Source: a virus
Strand: one strand, 5' to 3'
Virus record (IMG/VR): IMGVR_UViG_3300035180_002210
Location: 1 to 64,000 of that record
DNA length: 64,000 bases
Notes under the pieces: generated by a model
What the model saw: only the letters and a program-made list of their open reading frames with translations
Databases searched by the model: none
Told to the model about the DNA's origin: nothing
Program-made: the position numbers and the translations under genes
Shown: positions 25,884 to 37,043 of the stretch, one piece after another
Layout of the letters: every line of letters starts with the position of its first letter
Numbering within the stretch: position 1 is the first letter of the stretch

Positions 25884-28800
25884 AATTCGTAGTTAAATAT
25901 CCGGACTATGAAGGCGGCTTCATTTACAAAGCCGTTGAAGGGTATAATGTTGTTACCAGGGACAATGACCTACATATCATTGACTCCCGGCCCATAAATA
26001 TGCTCAGGAAGGGATTAGACACCCACCGGGGTAAGATTTTACGCTATGACGATAGTACGGTAGAGGTTTTGACAGATCAGGGCGTAAGGACAGCCGACAG
26101 AGAATTATTTAACCGAGTTCTGATTCATAAGTCTATTGCCACCCAGGAACGGCAGGCAGCGGACGAAATTTGGCAGCGAGGCGGCCTGATTAAATCAGTT
26201 CGTAATATGATGACGGTAAAGCCCCCAAAGGTAAAGGACAATACTGTTAAACCGCCATCATCGGGCGGCCTGGCATGGAATGCGAAGGGCGGGCAGAAAC
26301 CCGATCATAAATACATCGAGCGCAGGCCATCACCCACAAGGCCGGATGAATGGGTTTATTTATACCAGCTTCCTAATGGTGAGAAGAAATGGCATGATGA
26401 GAGCGGCCAGGAAATAAGCGAACAGGACGCAAACTCCGCAGCGCAGAACGAGCCGTCAGAAGGCAATTTAACCGGGTATAAGGAAGGTTCGTTCGTTAAG
26501 GTAAACAGCAGAACCGCCAGAGTGAGCGGCGTAGCTGATAATGTAATTTCGGTTCAGTATGATGACGGCAGTGAGGAAATACTTTCTTCCTTCCAGTTGA
26601 ATCCGAAGTTGCAGAAAGTTGGAGCAAACTATTTTGATCCGCAGTCACAACAGAATTATGCAGTTGAAACGATAGGGGACAATGTATTTTTAGGCAGGAG
26701 CCAGAGCGGAGAACTCAGGGCTTTTTTGAAACGGAAGATTTTCAAGCTCAGTGACGAGCAGATACACCCTAAAACAAAGTCACGGCTGGACCCGAACCAC
26801 TACACCCACGACAGCGTTTACAAAACTTATGCTTCTCATTCCCAGGCGCACGGCTATGATGAAATGAGCGACGATGGTTTGAACTATGCAAAAACCACAC
26901 CGGTTGCAGGCGGACAGTGGACTATAAACCGCGAATATGATCCGGCTACAAAGGAATTTACCGTGAGTGTAAACGGGAAAAAGGATTTCAAAATTGACTA
27001 TGAGGGCAAGAACCTTGAAGTTATAGACGCGACGGACACGGACATTATTGCCAAGGACGAAACCGGCGGGATCTGGAATGTTGATAAACGCCTGTACGGC
27101 GATTATTTACGGAAACAGGGGTTGAAGATCCCCGCAGCGGGTGACAATTCAGGGTTGAGCGAAACAGACCAGATATTGAAACACGTTACGGACACCGGCA
27201 GCCAGGGAGATAAAGCAATTTCAAACGCCACCGGCATTCCGTTAAACCGGGTGAAAAAATACCTTGCAGACCTATTGATCGACGGGAAGCTCCGGCACCG
27301 GAACGGGGAGTATTCGACGAAAGAGAAACCGAAAGGACGATGGGTAGCTGATCAGAAGGCGCCAATCGTCAGCGCAGAGGAGCGGGCCAAGGGTGAGCAG
27401 GAGCGGTTGTCCAGGATTAACGATAAGAATGTTGCCAAAAATTCAGATGAGTATAAGACCGGCACTTCTTTATTGGAGAAGGAAGGGTTTAATCTTAACC
27501 CGAATAATGAATTTTACGCATCGAAGCGGGTACGCGCGAACGGCTTAGATTTTGACATCGAGGCCAAGTATAACATGCAAACCGGATTGTGGGAAACCCA
27601 AGTTTCTAACGGCCATTACAAGGAACTGCAAATAGGCAGCAATCCGGATGAAAAATTCAAGATAGCCGATATCACCGGTGACACCGTCAGGTACTATGAC
27701 CATAACGGAAAAATCAATTCAGTTGATTTGAAAGAGCTTGAAGCGATAAACGGCAGAAATGTATTTGAGCCTACCAAGGCGCAGAATGCCAGCCAGAATA
27801 TTGCTATGGGTGATCAGACGGAGATTGTATATGCCAATGGTGAAAAGCACAAGGCAAACTACGCGGTAGTTGAGCTTGACGATATTACCGCCAGCCACGA
27901 CGAGCGGACATTCCTTCCAAACAAGAACTATCCGCAGATGGACGGCCAGAGCACGAACGACCGGGATTATACCAAGAATCTGGACGATCAGCGCATGGTT
28001 CAAAAGGTTGAACAGAACTGGGATAACCGGACTATCAACAACAGCCAGCAGGCGGACCAACATATTATTATTTCACCGGAAAACTTTGTTGTTTCCGGGA
28101 ATAATAGGACGATGAGTGCGAAGTTAGCCAGAGAGAGTAACCCGAAGGCTTGGGAAGCGTTCAAAGAAAAGATGATAGCCGACGCCAGTTATTACGGGCT
28201 GGATCCGGAAGCCATAAAAGGGATGAAGCACCCGTTTTTTGTGAAGATTGACGCCGATACGCCGAAGGATGAGAACGGGAAATACGTGTACCGGAAATCG
28301 GAGCTTGCGAAATTCAATGCCGATGATAAGAAGTCCAAGACCGAAGAAGAAGAGGCCATGACCTACGGGGACGCGATTCAGGGCCGCCCGGAGATCATGG
28401 AGGTACTTGCAGACGCCATGAAGGATAAGGAAACACTTAGCGATATTTTGAACAGCAAAGCGGTTGATACGCAGAAGGCGTTCAGGGATGCCCTATTCCA
28501 ATCCGGGGTAATGCCGCAGCAGGCAGCGAAAAAGTATTTTAATCCGGACGGCAGCTTAACGGATAACGGTAAAATTCTCGTTCGCAGCGTACTCAAAGGG
28601 ACATTCCTCAGCCCGGACACGTATGAACTTTCCACGTCAGAAGGTATGAAAACCTTCGGTGACGCCATCATTGATAATGTTGGAGCGAACTCTATAAACG
28701 CCAGCCTGCACCCTGAATGGAGCCTGCAGAACTACATTAATGATTCAATACGACTTGAAGGGAAATATCAGTACAGCGGGGACTACAAGAAGAGCGGCAG

Positions 28801-30265
28801 CCCGTTTGAGCAGATGTTACGCATGCGGAATATGTTTGATGCACCGCACGACCGCCGGACCGTAGCTTTGAATCTGCTTGCTAAGAAGGGGAAGGAAGTT
28901 TACGGGAAAATTCTGAAAGATTATAACCAGACGGCCAGCACCGAGCAGACCAACAACATGGATAGCATGTTTGGTGAGAACATTACACCCGAAAACCTGT
29001 TTGAATCCGCGGTGATCGACGGGGAGTATAAGGGTAAACCGATATTTACACCGGAGGACCGGAAACTGCTGGATGAATTCAAATTTGAAACCCAGCCGAG
29101 CAAAGGCGGGAAATGGCAGAAACCGAAAGATACGTCAGCGGTTGATAAGGCGTTCAATGAAGCGACCGGGCAGCAGGAGGAAACGCAGCAGGTAGAGAAG
29201 TCGATTGATACCAGTCATAACGCACTTCTCCCGTCAAAGAAGAATCCGCGGGTGAGCCGGTGGCAGAGGATTGAATCAGCAAGTGCAGAATATCAAATTG
29301 GTGATTTTGGACCTATCTATCATCAGTTCAAGAAGAGATCAAAAGAAGCCATTCAGTTCCTTGTTGAAAAGAAGGACGGAGAGGCAATAGGCGCATTATA
29401 TCATCCAGCCATAGGCGATATTGATTTGGTTTGGGGTAAAGAAGGGACTGGAAATAATGATGGATACGGGCTTGCGAAAATTGTTAAATACCATCCGGAA
29501 GTAGTTGAAAATCTTCAGGGAATATTGGAATCTATGCCAATTAAGAGTAAAGGTAAAAATAGAATTCGATTAGAAGATAACAACCATGAAGCGGCTGTGA
29601 GTTTAGAATGGTATGGTAAGGCGAAGACCTGGTTGTTAACCGAGTACCAAAAACAAAAAGCCGCCCGAAGTATGAACGTGGGCGGCGAATCTCAGTTGAG
29701 ACCAGATGAAACGACTACTTCATCTGTAAATCCAGTAAGCAATATAGTGAATGCAGGTGATGAAAGTCAAGAGATTAACAAAGGGATGAACGCAGTAGAT
29801 TTCGCGCTGAAATATCACAAAGACCAGAAATATAACGGTCAGCCGTATGTAGAAGCGCATTTGCAGCCGGTATTTGAAATGAGTAAAACACTTTGGACAG
29901 CCAGCGACAGGAAATTAGACTTTGAAACCTTGGGGAAGGCGGCCTTCCTTCACGATGTAATGGAGGACACCGATGCGACCTATGATCAGGTGAAAGAGCT
30001 TTTCGGACAGGACGCCGCGGATGCCTGCCAGCTGCTTGATACTACTAATAAGACCAAGGACGAGTATTACGCGGGAATAGCTACTTCTCCGTTAGCCAAG
30101 TTAATAAAGGCGGCAGACCGGCTTGTAAATCTGAAATCGCTTGCAGCTCACCCGGACGTTGACTGCGCAGCCTATCTTAAAAATAAATACCGGAATGATC
30201 TTGCATACTATGAGAAGTACGACATTTACCCGGACCTGATTAAACAGGCAGTAGACGAATTATAA
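25880..30265 (+). CDS. Polyvalent protein 1: DdrB-like ParB domain, PBECR-like RNase domain, HD (RelA/SpoT-type) hydrolase
   Basis: YAVVELDDITASHD...RDY...VVSGNNRTM (ParB-like, ~27850-28340); IGDIDLVWG...GYGLAKI...H...WLLT (PBECR-like, ~29300-29650); H..Q...PY..H...LHDVMEDT...KAADRLVNL (HD, ~29790-30260). Confidence 0.8.
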   Translation: MKFVVKYPDYEGGFIYKAVEGYNVVTRDNDLHIIDSRPINMLRKGLDTHRGKILRYDDSTVEVLTDQGVRTADRELFNRVLIHKSIATQERQAADEIWQRGGLIKSVRNMMTVKPPKVKDNTVKPPSSGGLAWNAKGGQKPDHKYIERRPSPTRPDEWVYLYQLPNGEKKWHDESGQEISEQDANSAAQNEPSEGNLTGYKEGSFVKVNSRTARVSGVADNVISVQYDDGSEEILSSFQLNPKLQKVGANYFDPQSQQNYAVETIGDNVFLGRSQSGELRAFLKRKIFKLSDEQIHPKTKSRLDPNHYTHDSVYKTYASHSQAHGYDEMSDDGLNYAKTTPVAGGQWTINREYDPATKEFTVSVNGKKDFKIDYEGKNLEVIDATDTDIIAKDETGGIWNVDKRLYGDYLRKQGLKIPAAGDNSGLSETDQILKHVTDTGSQGDKAISNATGIPLNRVKKYLADLLIDGKLRHRNGEYSTKEKPKGRWVADQKAPIVSAEERAKGEQERLSRINDKNVAKNSDEYKTGTSLLEKEGFNLNPNNEFYASKRVRANGLDFDIEAKYNMQTGLWETQVSNGHYKELQIGSNPDEKFKIADITGDTVRYYDHNGKINSVDLKELEAINGRNVFEPTKAQNASQNIAMGDQTEIVYANGEKHKANYAVVELDDITASHDERTFLPNKNYPQMDGQSTNDRDYTKNLDDQRMVQKVEQNWDNRTINNSQQADQHIIISPENFVVSGNNRTMSAKLARESNPKAWEAFKEKMIADASYYGLDPEAIKGMKHPFFVKIDADTPKDENGKYVYRKSELAKFNADDKKSKTEEEEAMTYGDAIQGRPEIMEVLADAMKDKETLSDILNSKAVDTQKAFRDALFQSGVMPQQAAKKYFNPDGSLTDNGKILVRSVLKGTFLSPDTYELSTSEGMKTFGDAIIDNVGANSINASLHPEWSLQNYINDSIRLEGKYQYSGDYKKSGSPFEQMLRMRNMFDAPHDRRTVALNLLAKKGKEVYGKILKDYNQTASTEQTNNMDSMFGENITPENLFESAVIDGEYKGKPIFTPEDRKLLDEFKFETQPSKGGKWQKPKDTSAVDKAFNEATGQQEETQQVEKSIDTSHNALLPSKKNPRVSRWQRIESASAEYQIGDFGPIYHQFKKRSKEAIQFLVEKKDGEAIGALYHPAIGDIDLVWGKEGTGNNDGYGLAKIVKYHPEVVENLQGILESMPIKSKGKNRIRLEDNNHEAAVSLEWYGKAKTWLLTEYQKQKAARSMNVGGESQLRPDETTTSSVNPVSNIVNAGDESQEINKGMNAVDFALKYHKDQKYNGQPYVEAHLQPVFEMSKTLWTASDRKLDFETLGKAAFLHDVMEDTDATYDQVKELFGQDAADACQLLDTTNKTKDEYYAGIATSPLAKLIKAADRLVNLKSLAAHPDVDCAAYLKNKYRNDLAYYEKYDIYPDLIKQAVDEL
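29649..29735 (-). ncRNA. Candidate ~85-nt structured antisense RNA nested in polyvalent gene 1
   Basis: 8-bp hairpin at 29703-29726; terminator stem GCCGCCC/GGGCGGC at 29660-29686 followed by TTTTTGTTTTT on the minus strand; own promoter. Confidence 0.65.
29741..29770 (-). promoter_or_regulatory. Antisense sigma70 promoter inside the coding sequence
   Basis: TTGACT-18 nt-TATATT on the minus strand. Confidence 0.65.
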
Positions 30266-30299
30266 CAAATAACAGCATATATCAGTTAACAGGCGAAGC

Positions 30300-33200
30300 A
30301 TGGATAATCTTGATGATAAATTGAAGGCGGACAAAAACTTTAAGCTACAAGGACGTAAAAGCTTTCAGGGCCTTGATATTGCGGTAGAGAACCGGCCCGG
30401 CAGCATACGCAGCGGGCTTGACAATGACGGGGAGGAATGGGAAACCCGTATGTTTTATGAATATGGATATATCCGCGGCACGCTTGGAGTTGACGGCGAG
30501 CAGGTAGATTGCTATGTGGGTAAAAACGCCGACAGCCAAAAGGTTTTTATCATCCATCAGAAGAATCCGGAAACCGGCAAGTATGATGAGGATAAAGTTA
30601 TGCTTGGGTTCACAGATAAAACACACGCCAGGGACGCCTATTTGGCACACTACGACTCGCATAAGTTCCTTGGTGAAATAACTGAAATGACCATCGACGA
30701 ATTAAAAGAGAAATTGAAAACCAGGAAGGGTAAAATGATTAAGAGCGTATCAATTTTCGGTAAAAAAGTATTGCAGGCGTTCGAGGATATTTTTAAGTCA
30801 GTGAAAGTCCGGGATCTATTGACTATGAATATGTTTGACGCCGCGAATCCGGATGATGAGGTGACAGAGGGTAAAACCGTAGTAAAAAACGGAAAGACTT
30901 ATGAATACCGCCGGAGCCAGAAAAACCCGGGGGTACGCAGATTGTTTTCCACCGAGCAGGACGAACCGGCGCAGCCGGATTTATTCCAGACCGCTCCAAA
31001 GATAGCAGGGCCTACACCGAAGCAGGCAGCGGCCTTGGGTGAGCATGAGCCAGTAGACCAGGCAGCCATGAAGGAGGCCACAAAGAGAACTAAATTATTT
31101 GGCCAGCAAGTAAGTTTATTCGATCAGCAGGAAGAGCCGAAAACTGCAAAAAGCCTTGTAAAAATAACTAATAAAATAACCGGTGAATCTGCAAAACCGG
31201 ATGAAAAAATAACTGACAAGATACCGGAAGAGGAACACCCCGAGACAATAGGTGATGATCTGTTCTCCCAGCCAGCACCCAGCCCGAAAAAGAAAGAGGA
31301 TGAAGAAAACCCGACAATGGCGTTTGGAGCGGAGGCTATTGATAAGAACGTCGTGAAGAAACGGCAGGAAATAAATGCCAAAGCGCTTGAACTTCTTAAA
31401 ACAAAGAAACCTGAAGAAATGACAATGGATGATAAAATAATCCTTGCTCAGTATTCAGGCCGCGGCGGATTGGGCGGAAACACTTTTGACGATATCAGTT
31501 TGAACGAATATTACACCAGGACGCAGGAAGCACAGTTTATTTGGGATATGTTAGGGAAGTTTGGCTTCAAAGGCGGACCGGTACTGGAACCGAGTTCCGG
31601 AGTTGGCGTATTTATCCATACCGCGCCAAAGGACACCATAGTTGACGGCGTAGAGCTTGATAAGACGAGCAGCGCTATTGCTTCCATACTTCACGGGCAA
31701 TTCCACAACATAACGAACCAGAGTTTTGAGCAACATATAAAAGGAAGCGACGGCGGAAAATATGCAGCGGTAGTAGGAAACCCGCCATTCGGGCCGCGCG
31801 GAATGACCTCAGTTGACGATCCGGAAAAGATAGACTTGAACACCTGCCAGGAATATTTCCTTGACCGGGGTATTGACGAACTTGAAGAAGGCGGGTTATT
31901 GGGAATGATTGTTCCCACGGGTATCATGGATAACCAGGTGAATGAATGGCGGCTTTCTCTCAATAAAAAGGCAGACTTTTTAGGCGCAATCAGGATGCCT
32001 ACCGGAGTATTTAAGCATGCAAAGGCTCAGGTAACAACGGATATTGTATTTTTCCGTAAAAGGGATGATGCAGTACGGGACTATCTTGAAAACGTTCCTA
32101 AAGAGGATTTGAAGGGCTTATACGACGCTCAAATTCTTGACGCGGAGTTTATTGCCGGTAACTATTTTGAGAAGAACCCGCAGTACGCCCTTGGAACAAA
32201 GAAGCGCGGGCAATGGGAAGGACAGAGCATTTGGACCGGTGACATAAGCCGGGGTGATCTGGATGAAGTTGGAGCATTACTGAAATTTACGGATCGGGAC
32301 GCGGAATATCAGAAGCTTGGAATCCTCATTGATCGACTGCCGGCAAAAGAGCTTCATGTTGGAGATACCAAAACATTCAACGGGCGCACCTACCGATTGA
32401 ACGAAAACCACCGATGGGAAAGGGTTGATGAAGCGGAGCTGGGTAAAGAATCCCTGCCAAAAGAGCTGCAGGAGAAGCTTGGAATAAAAACAAAAGCAGA
32501 ATTTCAGGCCTTGCAGCGGGACGTAGCGAAAAAGCTTGAACTCACCCGCGAGCAGTTAAATCTTCTGGATGATAAGGTTTTGTCATCGGAGCTGGAAGCG
32601 TACAATGACAAAAACGACTTCCGGGCGGAAATGCTGAAGCACGCTACTTTGTTAGGGCTGGCAGTTAAAAAGTTTCAGATTGATTTACGAAGCGGGGCCA
32701 TTGAAGGAAGCGACGCACAAAAAGAAGCAGCTAAGCTTGCAGGCTTGCTCAATCAGTTCCATGATAAATACGGACACCCGATTAATGATTTGAAACTGAA
32801 ACGGTACTTAGGGCGCACAACCGGAAACCCTATTCTTTATTTGGCCGGGTCCTTTAACGAGGACGGCGGGTTAAGCGCAATTTTTGACGATCCACTGGCT
32901 TACTACGCAGTATACAGGACAAACTACGAAGTGGGTGAGCTTGACAGCAAGAGCATACCGAAAATTTTACAATATCTGGTTGATAACGGGCTTGACACTT
33001 CTTTCGAGTCTATACAGTCCATGTACAGCGGCGGCACCATCGAAGAAAATGAGCTTATCCGTGATGAGAATGTTTTTATTGACGAGAACGGCGGGTATAG
33101 CCCAACGCAGGAGGTTTGTGTAGGTACGGTTTATAATAAACTGGATGCCTGGACAAAAATGCGAAAAGACATCAGCGAAAAATTGTCAACTCCGGCAGGG

Positions 33201-36200
33201 GTAAACGAACCCGAGGGCGAAGGTAAAACGCTTAGCGACGATGAAAAGGAAACCTTGCTACTGAAGGATAAAAAGCTTGAAGATCAGATTTTTGAGATGA
33301 AACGCAGAGCCGGATCTACGGAGTTAACGAATCTTCCGGTATCAATGAAGGACGCAGGAGAATTTTTTGATATTAAGCATTTGAACGAATATTTAAGCGG
33401 GAAACTGGGAGCTAATTTTGTTGGCAACATATCCAGGAATAAAGAAGGCTTTTTTGGTATGGAGGACCAAGGGCTACAGAACACCTATTTGATGTATGCC
33501 ACAAAAGGCGCAGAAGGCCAGGACAAATATGAAAAAGATCAACGGAACCGGTCTATGGAGGCGTATTTCGGTAAGGAAAATCTGAATCCGCCGATGTTTC
33601 TCTTCCTGAATATGCTTAACGGCTTATCGGTTCGCGGCGCAAATAGTCTTGAATTCAAAAAACAGTACGAAGATATTGCGAACAGCTTTGTCAAATACCT
33701 TGATTCAATTGATGAGGCACCGGCCATAACCGATATTTATAACCGGGCTTTTAACGACTTCATACAGAAAAAGTATGATGATTCAGTTATCGAAGGCCTG
33801 AATCACTTTGCTTACGATAAAGTTGTTGCCACCGATAAGGACGGCAAAGAATTTACAGTAAGGGATAAAATAGGCTCCCATGTTTGGGAAGTTGTCCGGC
33901 GCATGTATGACCAAGGGAAGGGTATAATTGCTCACGGCGTCGGTTTAGGAAAGACTGTCACTGCAATTGCGCTGATAGCCTTATCGAAGGCAACGGGCCG
34001 ATGCAAGAAGCCGGTAGTGATCATGCCGAAGTCATTGCAGCTGAATTGGGTAAACGAAATTAACAAGTGGACCGAAGGGAGTAAGATACTTCCGGTTGGA
34101 TTGAAGCAGGTAAACGGAGTCTGGAAGGATTGCAACGCGCAGGAAACTATTTTGCAGCTTCAGCAGATTCAGAACGAGGACTGGGACTATATTCTGATCA
34201 CCAGGGATGACTTTAAACGGATAGATTTCAACCCCGAGACGAAAAAGCGAATGATTAAAGAGATAGCGGATAAATACTATCCGGAAGGTGATGAAATGAC
34301 CAAACTCGATAAGCAGAAGCGCGAAGTGGCTATTCAGCAATTGGCAAAGACCATGCAGAACGATACCGCGTTCGAAAACGTGTTTCTGGAAAATCTTGGG
34401 CTGGATATGATGGTGAGGGACGAGGCCCATGATTGCAAGAACTTACTGCAGGCAGTTCAGACGGATATTAAAGGCATAGGCAATGCCGCCGCGGCGATCA
34501 GCATGCACAACTTTTTTGCATCGAAGATCATACGCGGAGCCAATAACGAAAAGGGCGTATTCTCTATGACGGCAACACCGATTTCTAACAGTCCGCTTGA
34601 AGTGTTTAATATGATGCTGCCGGTTATGGAAAAGGAGCTCGAGGCGATCAATATTAAGACAATGGATGATTTTGTTGAGAAATTTGCAGATCACGGAATG
34701 CGGATGACTGCCGACGCCGATGGTAAGGTAGGAGAAAAAGACATGTTCTCCGGCTGGAAAGTGCCTGACGCGCTAAGGAAGATTTTCTACCGGTTCACCG
34801 ACTTTAAAACAAAGGATGATGTTGAAAGTGTACGGTCAAGCATAAAGTTCCCGAAGGAACGGCCTTCCAATTTATACAGTACGTTAAATGCAGGGCAGGA
34901 ACAATTAAGCGATCATTGTTCGGCAAGGCTGAATTGTTTGAAATACCGTGAGCAGGATCCCAATACTAAAAAGTGGAACCTGAAAGACAGCGTAATGACC
35001 AAGGACATTGAGGAAGAAGTTCTAACCGAGCAGGAGAAGCAGGACGCGGTTCACTACTTCTATAATCAGTTCATACCCACGTATGAGAAATTGAACCGGG
35101 GCCGCAGTCCGGAGGATCCGCCGATTGATGACTGTTTCTTCTCAATTCAGAGCGACCTTATTAAGATCAGCAGCGATTTGGACTGGTACGCCGGGAACCG
35201 CAGCTATTATTCCAAGGATATTGATGAATCGTTTGTTGAGAAATACAATGATTTAGATAAGTATAAACAGTTGACCGAGCATGCTGCAGGGCTTTATAAT
35301 TCGGGCAAGAAGCAGCTCATTTTCGCTATAAATACTACGCTTCACCCGATCATACTTGATAATCTGATAAAGGCCGGGATAAAGCCTTCTGAAATTGCTA
35401 TTGTAAACGGAAAGACGGCAAAGAACGCACAGGCCCGCTCCAAGTTCAGTGAAGGGTTCAACAGCGGCAAGTATAAAGTAATTATCGGTAACTACGCCAC
35501 AATGGGCGAAGGTTTGAATTTTAACAAAGAATGCGCTGCCATCACCCACGTACAACCGGCCTGGAACTATGCACAGATCGAGCAGGGAAATGGCCGGGGA
35601 ATTCGGCAGGGGAATGACCTGGACTTTGTTGATACGTATTACATGCTCACCAAGGGCAGCATCGACACCTTCATGACTGATAAGATCATGAAGAAGGGCG
35701 GCATGGTTTCTAAATTCCTCAAAGGAGAGCTGAGCGAGTGGAACGAAGATGTTCAGCTTGACGGTGACGAAATGCTGGCCGCACGGGCGAAGAACCCGGA
35801 ACGGGCAAGGAAAATTCTGGAAAGAAGGAACGCCGCCATTCAGGAGGCTAAGAAGGAGAAAAACCGGGTAATTAATTTCCAAAAGTTTGATCGGTTGTTT
35901 GAAGTAAAAGCTAAGATGAGTAAGTTTGAGGACCAAAACAGCAAACAGTATAAAATGCTGGAACAGGAACAAAATGAGATCATGGAGCGGTTGAACAACG
36001 ATCCGGAATTCAAGCTGAAAGACCACCTTACTTCAGATCAGAAGCCTATTGTTATCAGGAACCATGACGTAGCAATTCCTGTAGGAAGTGTGGTGAAATA
36101 TTCGAACCACCCGGACGAAGCAAATGAATTTGCGGTATTGACCGACTATACCCCGAGCACGGGACGGGTTCTTTTGACCACGTACAGTTCTGATACAAGG

Positions 36201-37043
36201 GAGATTAAGTCTATGCCGGTTGAATCGTTCATCAGCCAGTACGGATGGACCGTAAAGAAAACGGACCTTGACGTAGCGGGAATGTTCAAAACTTTGGTTG
36301 ATAAGGAGAATCTTATTGATATGGGCATGATTAACGCCATGCCGATAGACGCTTTGAACGCGAACCGGAAACAGTTATTGCAGAATTTACGGGATGTGGA
36401 CTACGCACCCCCATTGATGTATAAAAATATGAATGGTGAAATTAAATTTGATGTAGCCGATGATGTATTTCAGACAATAGAGGAGGACGGCGGGAAGGTC
36501 CTATTCCCGCAGGAATATCCGGATTGGGTTAAGGTTGCCAGCCAGATTATTAAGAGTAAACGGGATGACTCGAAAGCCCGGGGATTTTGCCGAGCGATTT
36601 ACGGCGATAATTGGGAAAAGGAACTTCCGAAAGCGGTTAAGAAGTTGACGAATCCGAAAGCGGAAACAAACACCACACCGCAGGATAAGTTTGAAATACC
36701 GGACTGGAAAGAAGCCAAGTTTAATGTTTTAGTCAAGCAACTTGAAAACGAAGGCTATATTTCACCGTATGACGCTCATAGGGCAGTTAAGGAGAAATCG
36801 GACCGCTTGCCATCGGAATATCTCATGAACCGGATATTGCAGGGCGGATTGAGTAAGAAATACATTGCGGATTATGAAAACGCGGAAAACAAGGAAGAAT
36901 TTCTGCAGCGCAATAACGACCGCATGGAGTCTATAATTGCGCTCTTTGACCACGGTGATGACGAACTGAAAAAATGGCACGACAAATTGAAGCTTGACAA
37001 ATGGTACGGAGATAATAAACATTTAAGCGAGAAAACAGCATGA
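30300..37043 (+). CDS. Polyvalent protein 2: inorganic-pyrophosphatase-like domain, N6-adenine MTase, SNF2 helicase (DarB-like)
   Basis: EN..GSIRSG...YGYIRGT.GVDG..VD...YDEDKVMLGF (iPPase); LEPSSGVG and GNPPF (MTase); AHGVGLGKT, DEAH, TATP and Q.NGRGIRQGN (SNF2). Confidence 0.88.
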   Translation: MDNLDDKLKADKNFKLQGRKSFQGLDIAVENRPGSIRSGLDNDGEEWETRMFYEYGYIRGTLGVDGEQVDCYVGKNADSQKVFIIHQKNPETGKYDEDKVMLGFTDKTHARDAYLAHYDSHKFLGEITEMTIDELKEKLKTRKGKMIKSVSIFGKKVLQAFEDIFKSVKVRDLLTMNMFDAANPDDEVTEGKTVVKNGKTYEYRRSQKNPGVRRLFSTEQDEPAQPDLFQTAPKIAGPTPKQAAALGEHEPVDQAAMKEATKRTKLFGQQVSLFDQQEEPKTAKSLVKITNKITGESAKPDEKITDKIPEEEHPETIGDDLFSQPAPSPKKKEDEENPTMAFGAEAIDKNVVKKRQEINAKALELLKTKKPEEMTMDDKIILAQYSGRGGLGGNTFDDISLNEYYTRTQEAQFIWDMLGKFGFKGGPVLEPSSGVGVFIHTAPKDTIVDGVELDKTSSAIASILHGQFHNITNQSFEQHIKGSDGGKYAAVVGNPPFGPRGMTSVDDPEKIDLNTCQEYFLDRGIDELEEGGLLGMIVPTGIMDNQVNEWRLSLNKKADFLGAIRMPTGVFKHAKAQVTTDIVFFRKRDDAVRDYLENVPKEDLKGLYDAQILDAEFIAGNYFEKNPQYALGTKKRGQWEGQSIWTGDISRGDLDEVGALLKFTDRDAEYQKLGILIDRLPAKELHVGDTKTFNGRTYRLNENHRWERVDEAELGKESLPKELQEKLGIKTKAEFQALQRDVAKKLELTREQLNLLDDKVLSSELEAYNDKNDFRAEMLKHATLLGLAVKKFQIDLRSGAIEGSDAQKEAAKLAGLLNQFHDKYGHPINDLKLKRYLGRTTGNPILYLAGSFNEDGGLSAIFDDPLAYYAVYRTNYEVGELDSKSIPKILQYLVDNGLDTSFESIQSMYSGGTIEENELIRDENVFIDENGGYSPTQEVCVGTVYNKLDAWTKMRKDISEKLSTPAGVNEPEGEGKTLSDDEKETLLLKDKKLEDQIFEMKRRAGSTELTNLPVSMKDAGEFFDIKHLNEYLSGKLGANFVGNISRNKEGFFGMEDQGLQNTYLMYATKGAEGQDKYEKDQRNRSMEAYFGKENLNPPMFLFLNMLNGLSVRGANSLEFKKQYEDIANSFVKYLDSIDEAPAITDIYNRAFNDFIQKKYDDSVIEGLNHFAYDKVVATDKDGKEFTVRDKIGSHVWEVVRRMYDQGKGIIAHGVGLGKTVTAIALIALSKATGRCKKPVVIMPKSLQLNWVNEINKWTEGSKILPVGLKQVNGVWKDCNAQETILQLQQIQNEDWDYILITRDDFKRIDFNPETKKRMIKEIADKYYPEGDEMTKLDKQKREVAIQQLAKTMQNDTAFENVFLENLGLDMMVRDEAHDCKNLLQAVQTDIKGIGNAAAAISMHNFFASKIIRGANNEKGVFSMTATPISNSPLEVFNMMLPVMEKELEAINIKTMDDFVEKFADHGMRMTADADGKVGEKDMFSGWKVPDALRKIFYRFTDFKTKDDVESVRSSIKFPKERPSNLYSTLNAGQEQLSDHCSARLNCLKYREQDPNTKKWNLKDSVMTKDIEEEVLTEQEKQDAVHYFYNQFIPTYEKLNRGRSPEDPPIDDCFFSIQSDLIKISSDLDWYAGNRSYYSKDIDESFVEKYNDLDKYKQLTEHAAGLYNSGKKQLIFAINTTLHPIILDNLIKAGIKPSEIAIVNGKTAKNAQARSKFSEGFNSGKYKVIIGNYATMGEGLNFNKECAAITHVQPAWNYAQIEQGNGRGIRQGNDLDFVDTYYMLTKGSIDTFMTDKIMKKGGMVSKFLKGELSEWNEDVQLDGDEMLAARAKNPERARKILERRNAAIQEAKKEKNRVINFQKFDRLFEVKAKMSKFEDQNSKQYKMLEQEQNEIMERLNNDPEFKLKDHLTSDQKPIVIRNHDVAIPVGSVVKYSNHPDEANEFAVLTDYTPSTGRVLLTTYSSDTREIKSMPVESFISQYGWTVKKTDLDVAGMFKTLVDKENLIDMGMINAMPIDALNANRKQLLQNLRDVDYAPPLMYKNMNGEIKFDVADDVFQTIEEDGGKVLFPQEYPDWVKVASQIIKSKRDDSKARGFCRAIYGDNWEKELPKAVKKLTNPKAETNTTPQDKFEIPDWKEAKFNVLVKQLENEGYISPYDAHRAVKEKSDRLPSEYLMNRILQGGLSKKYIADYENAENKEEFLQRNNDRMESIIALFDHGDDELKKWHDKLKLDKWYGDNKHLSEKTA

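Noticed and set aside
30259-30290. Minus-strand TGTTATAAT at the end of the HD domain as another nested antisense promoter
   Set aside because: No recognisable -35 element and no downstream terminator or convincing ORF; too weak to call.
35253-36026. 257-aa antisense ORF inside the SNF2 region
   Set aside because: Composition typical of a reverse-frame shadow (F/L/H/V-rich), the sense frame carries conserved helicase motifs, and no promoter was seen, unlike 48801-49061.
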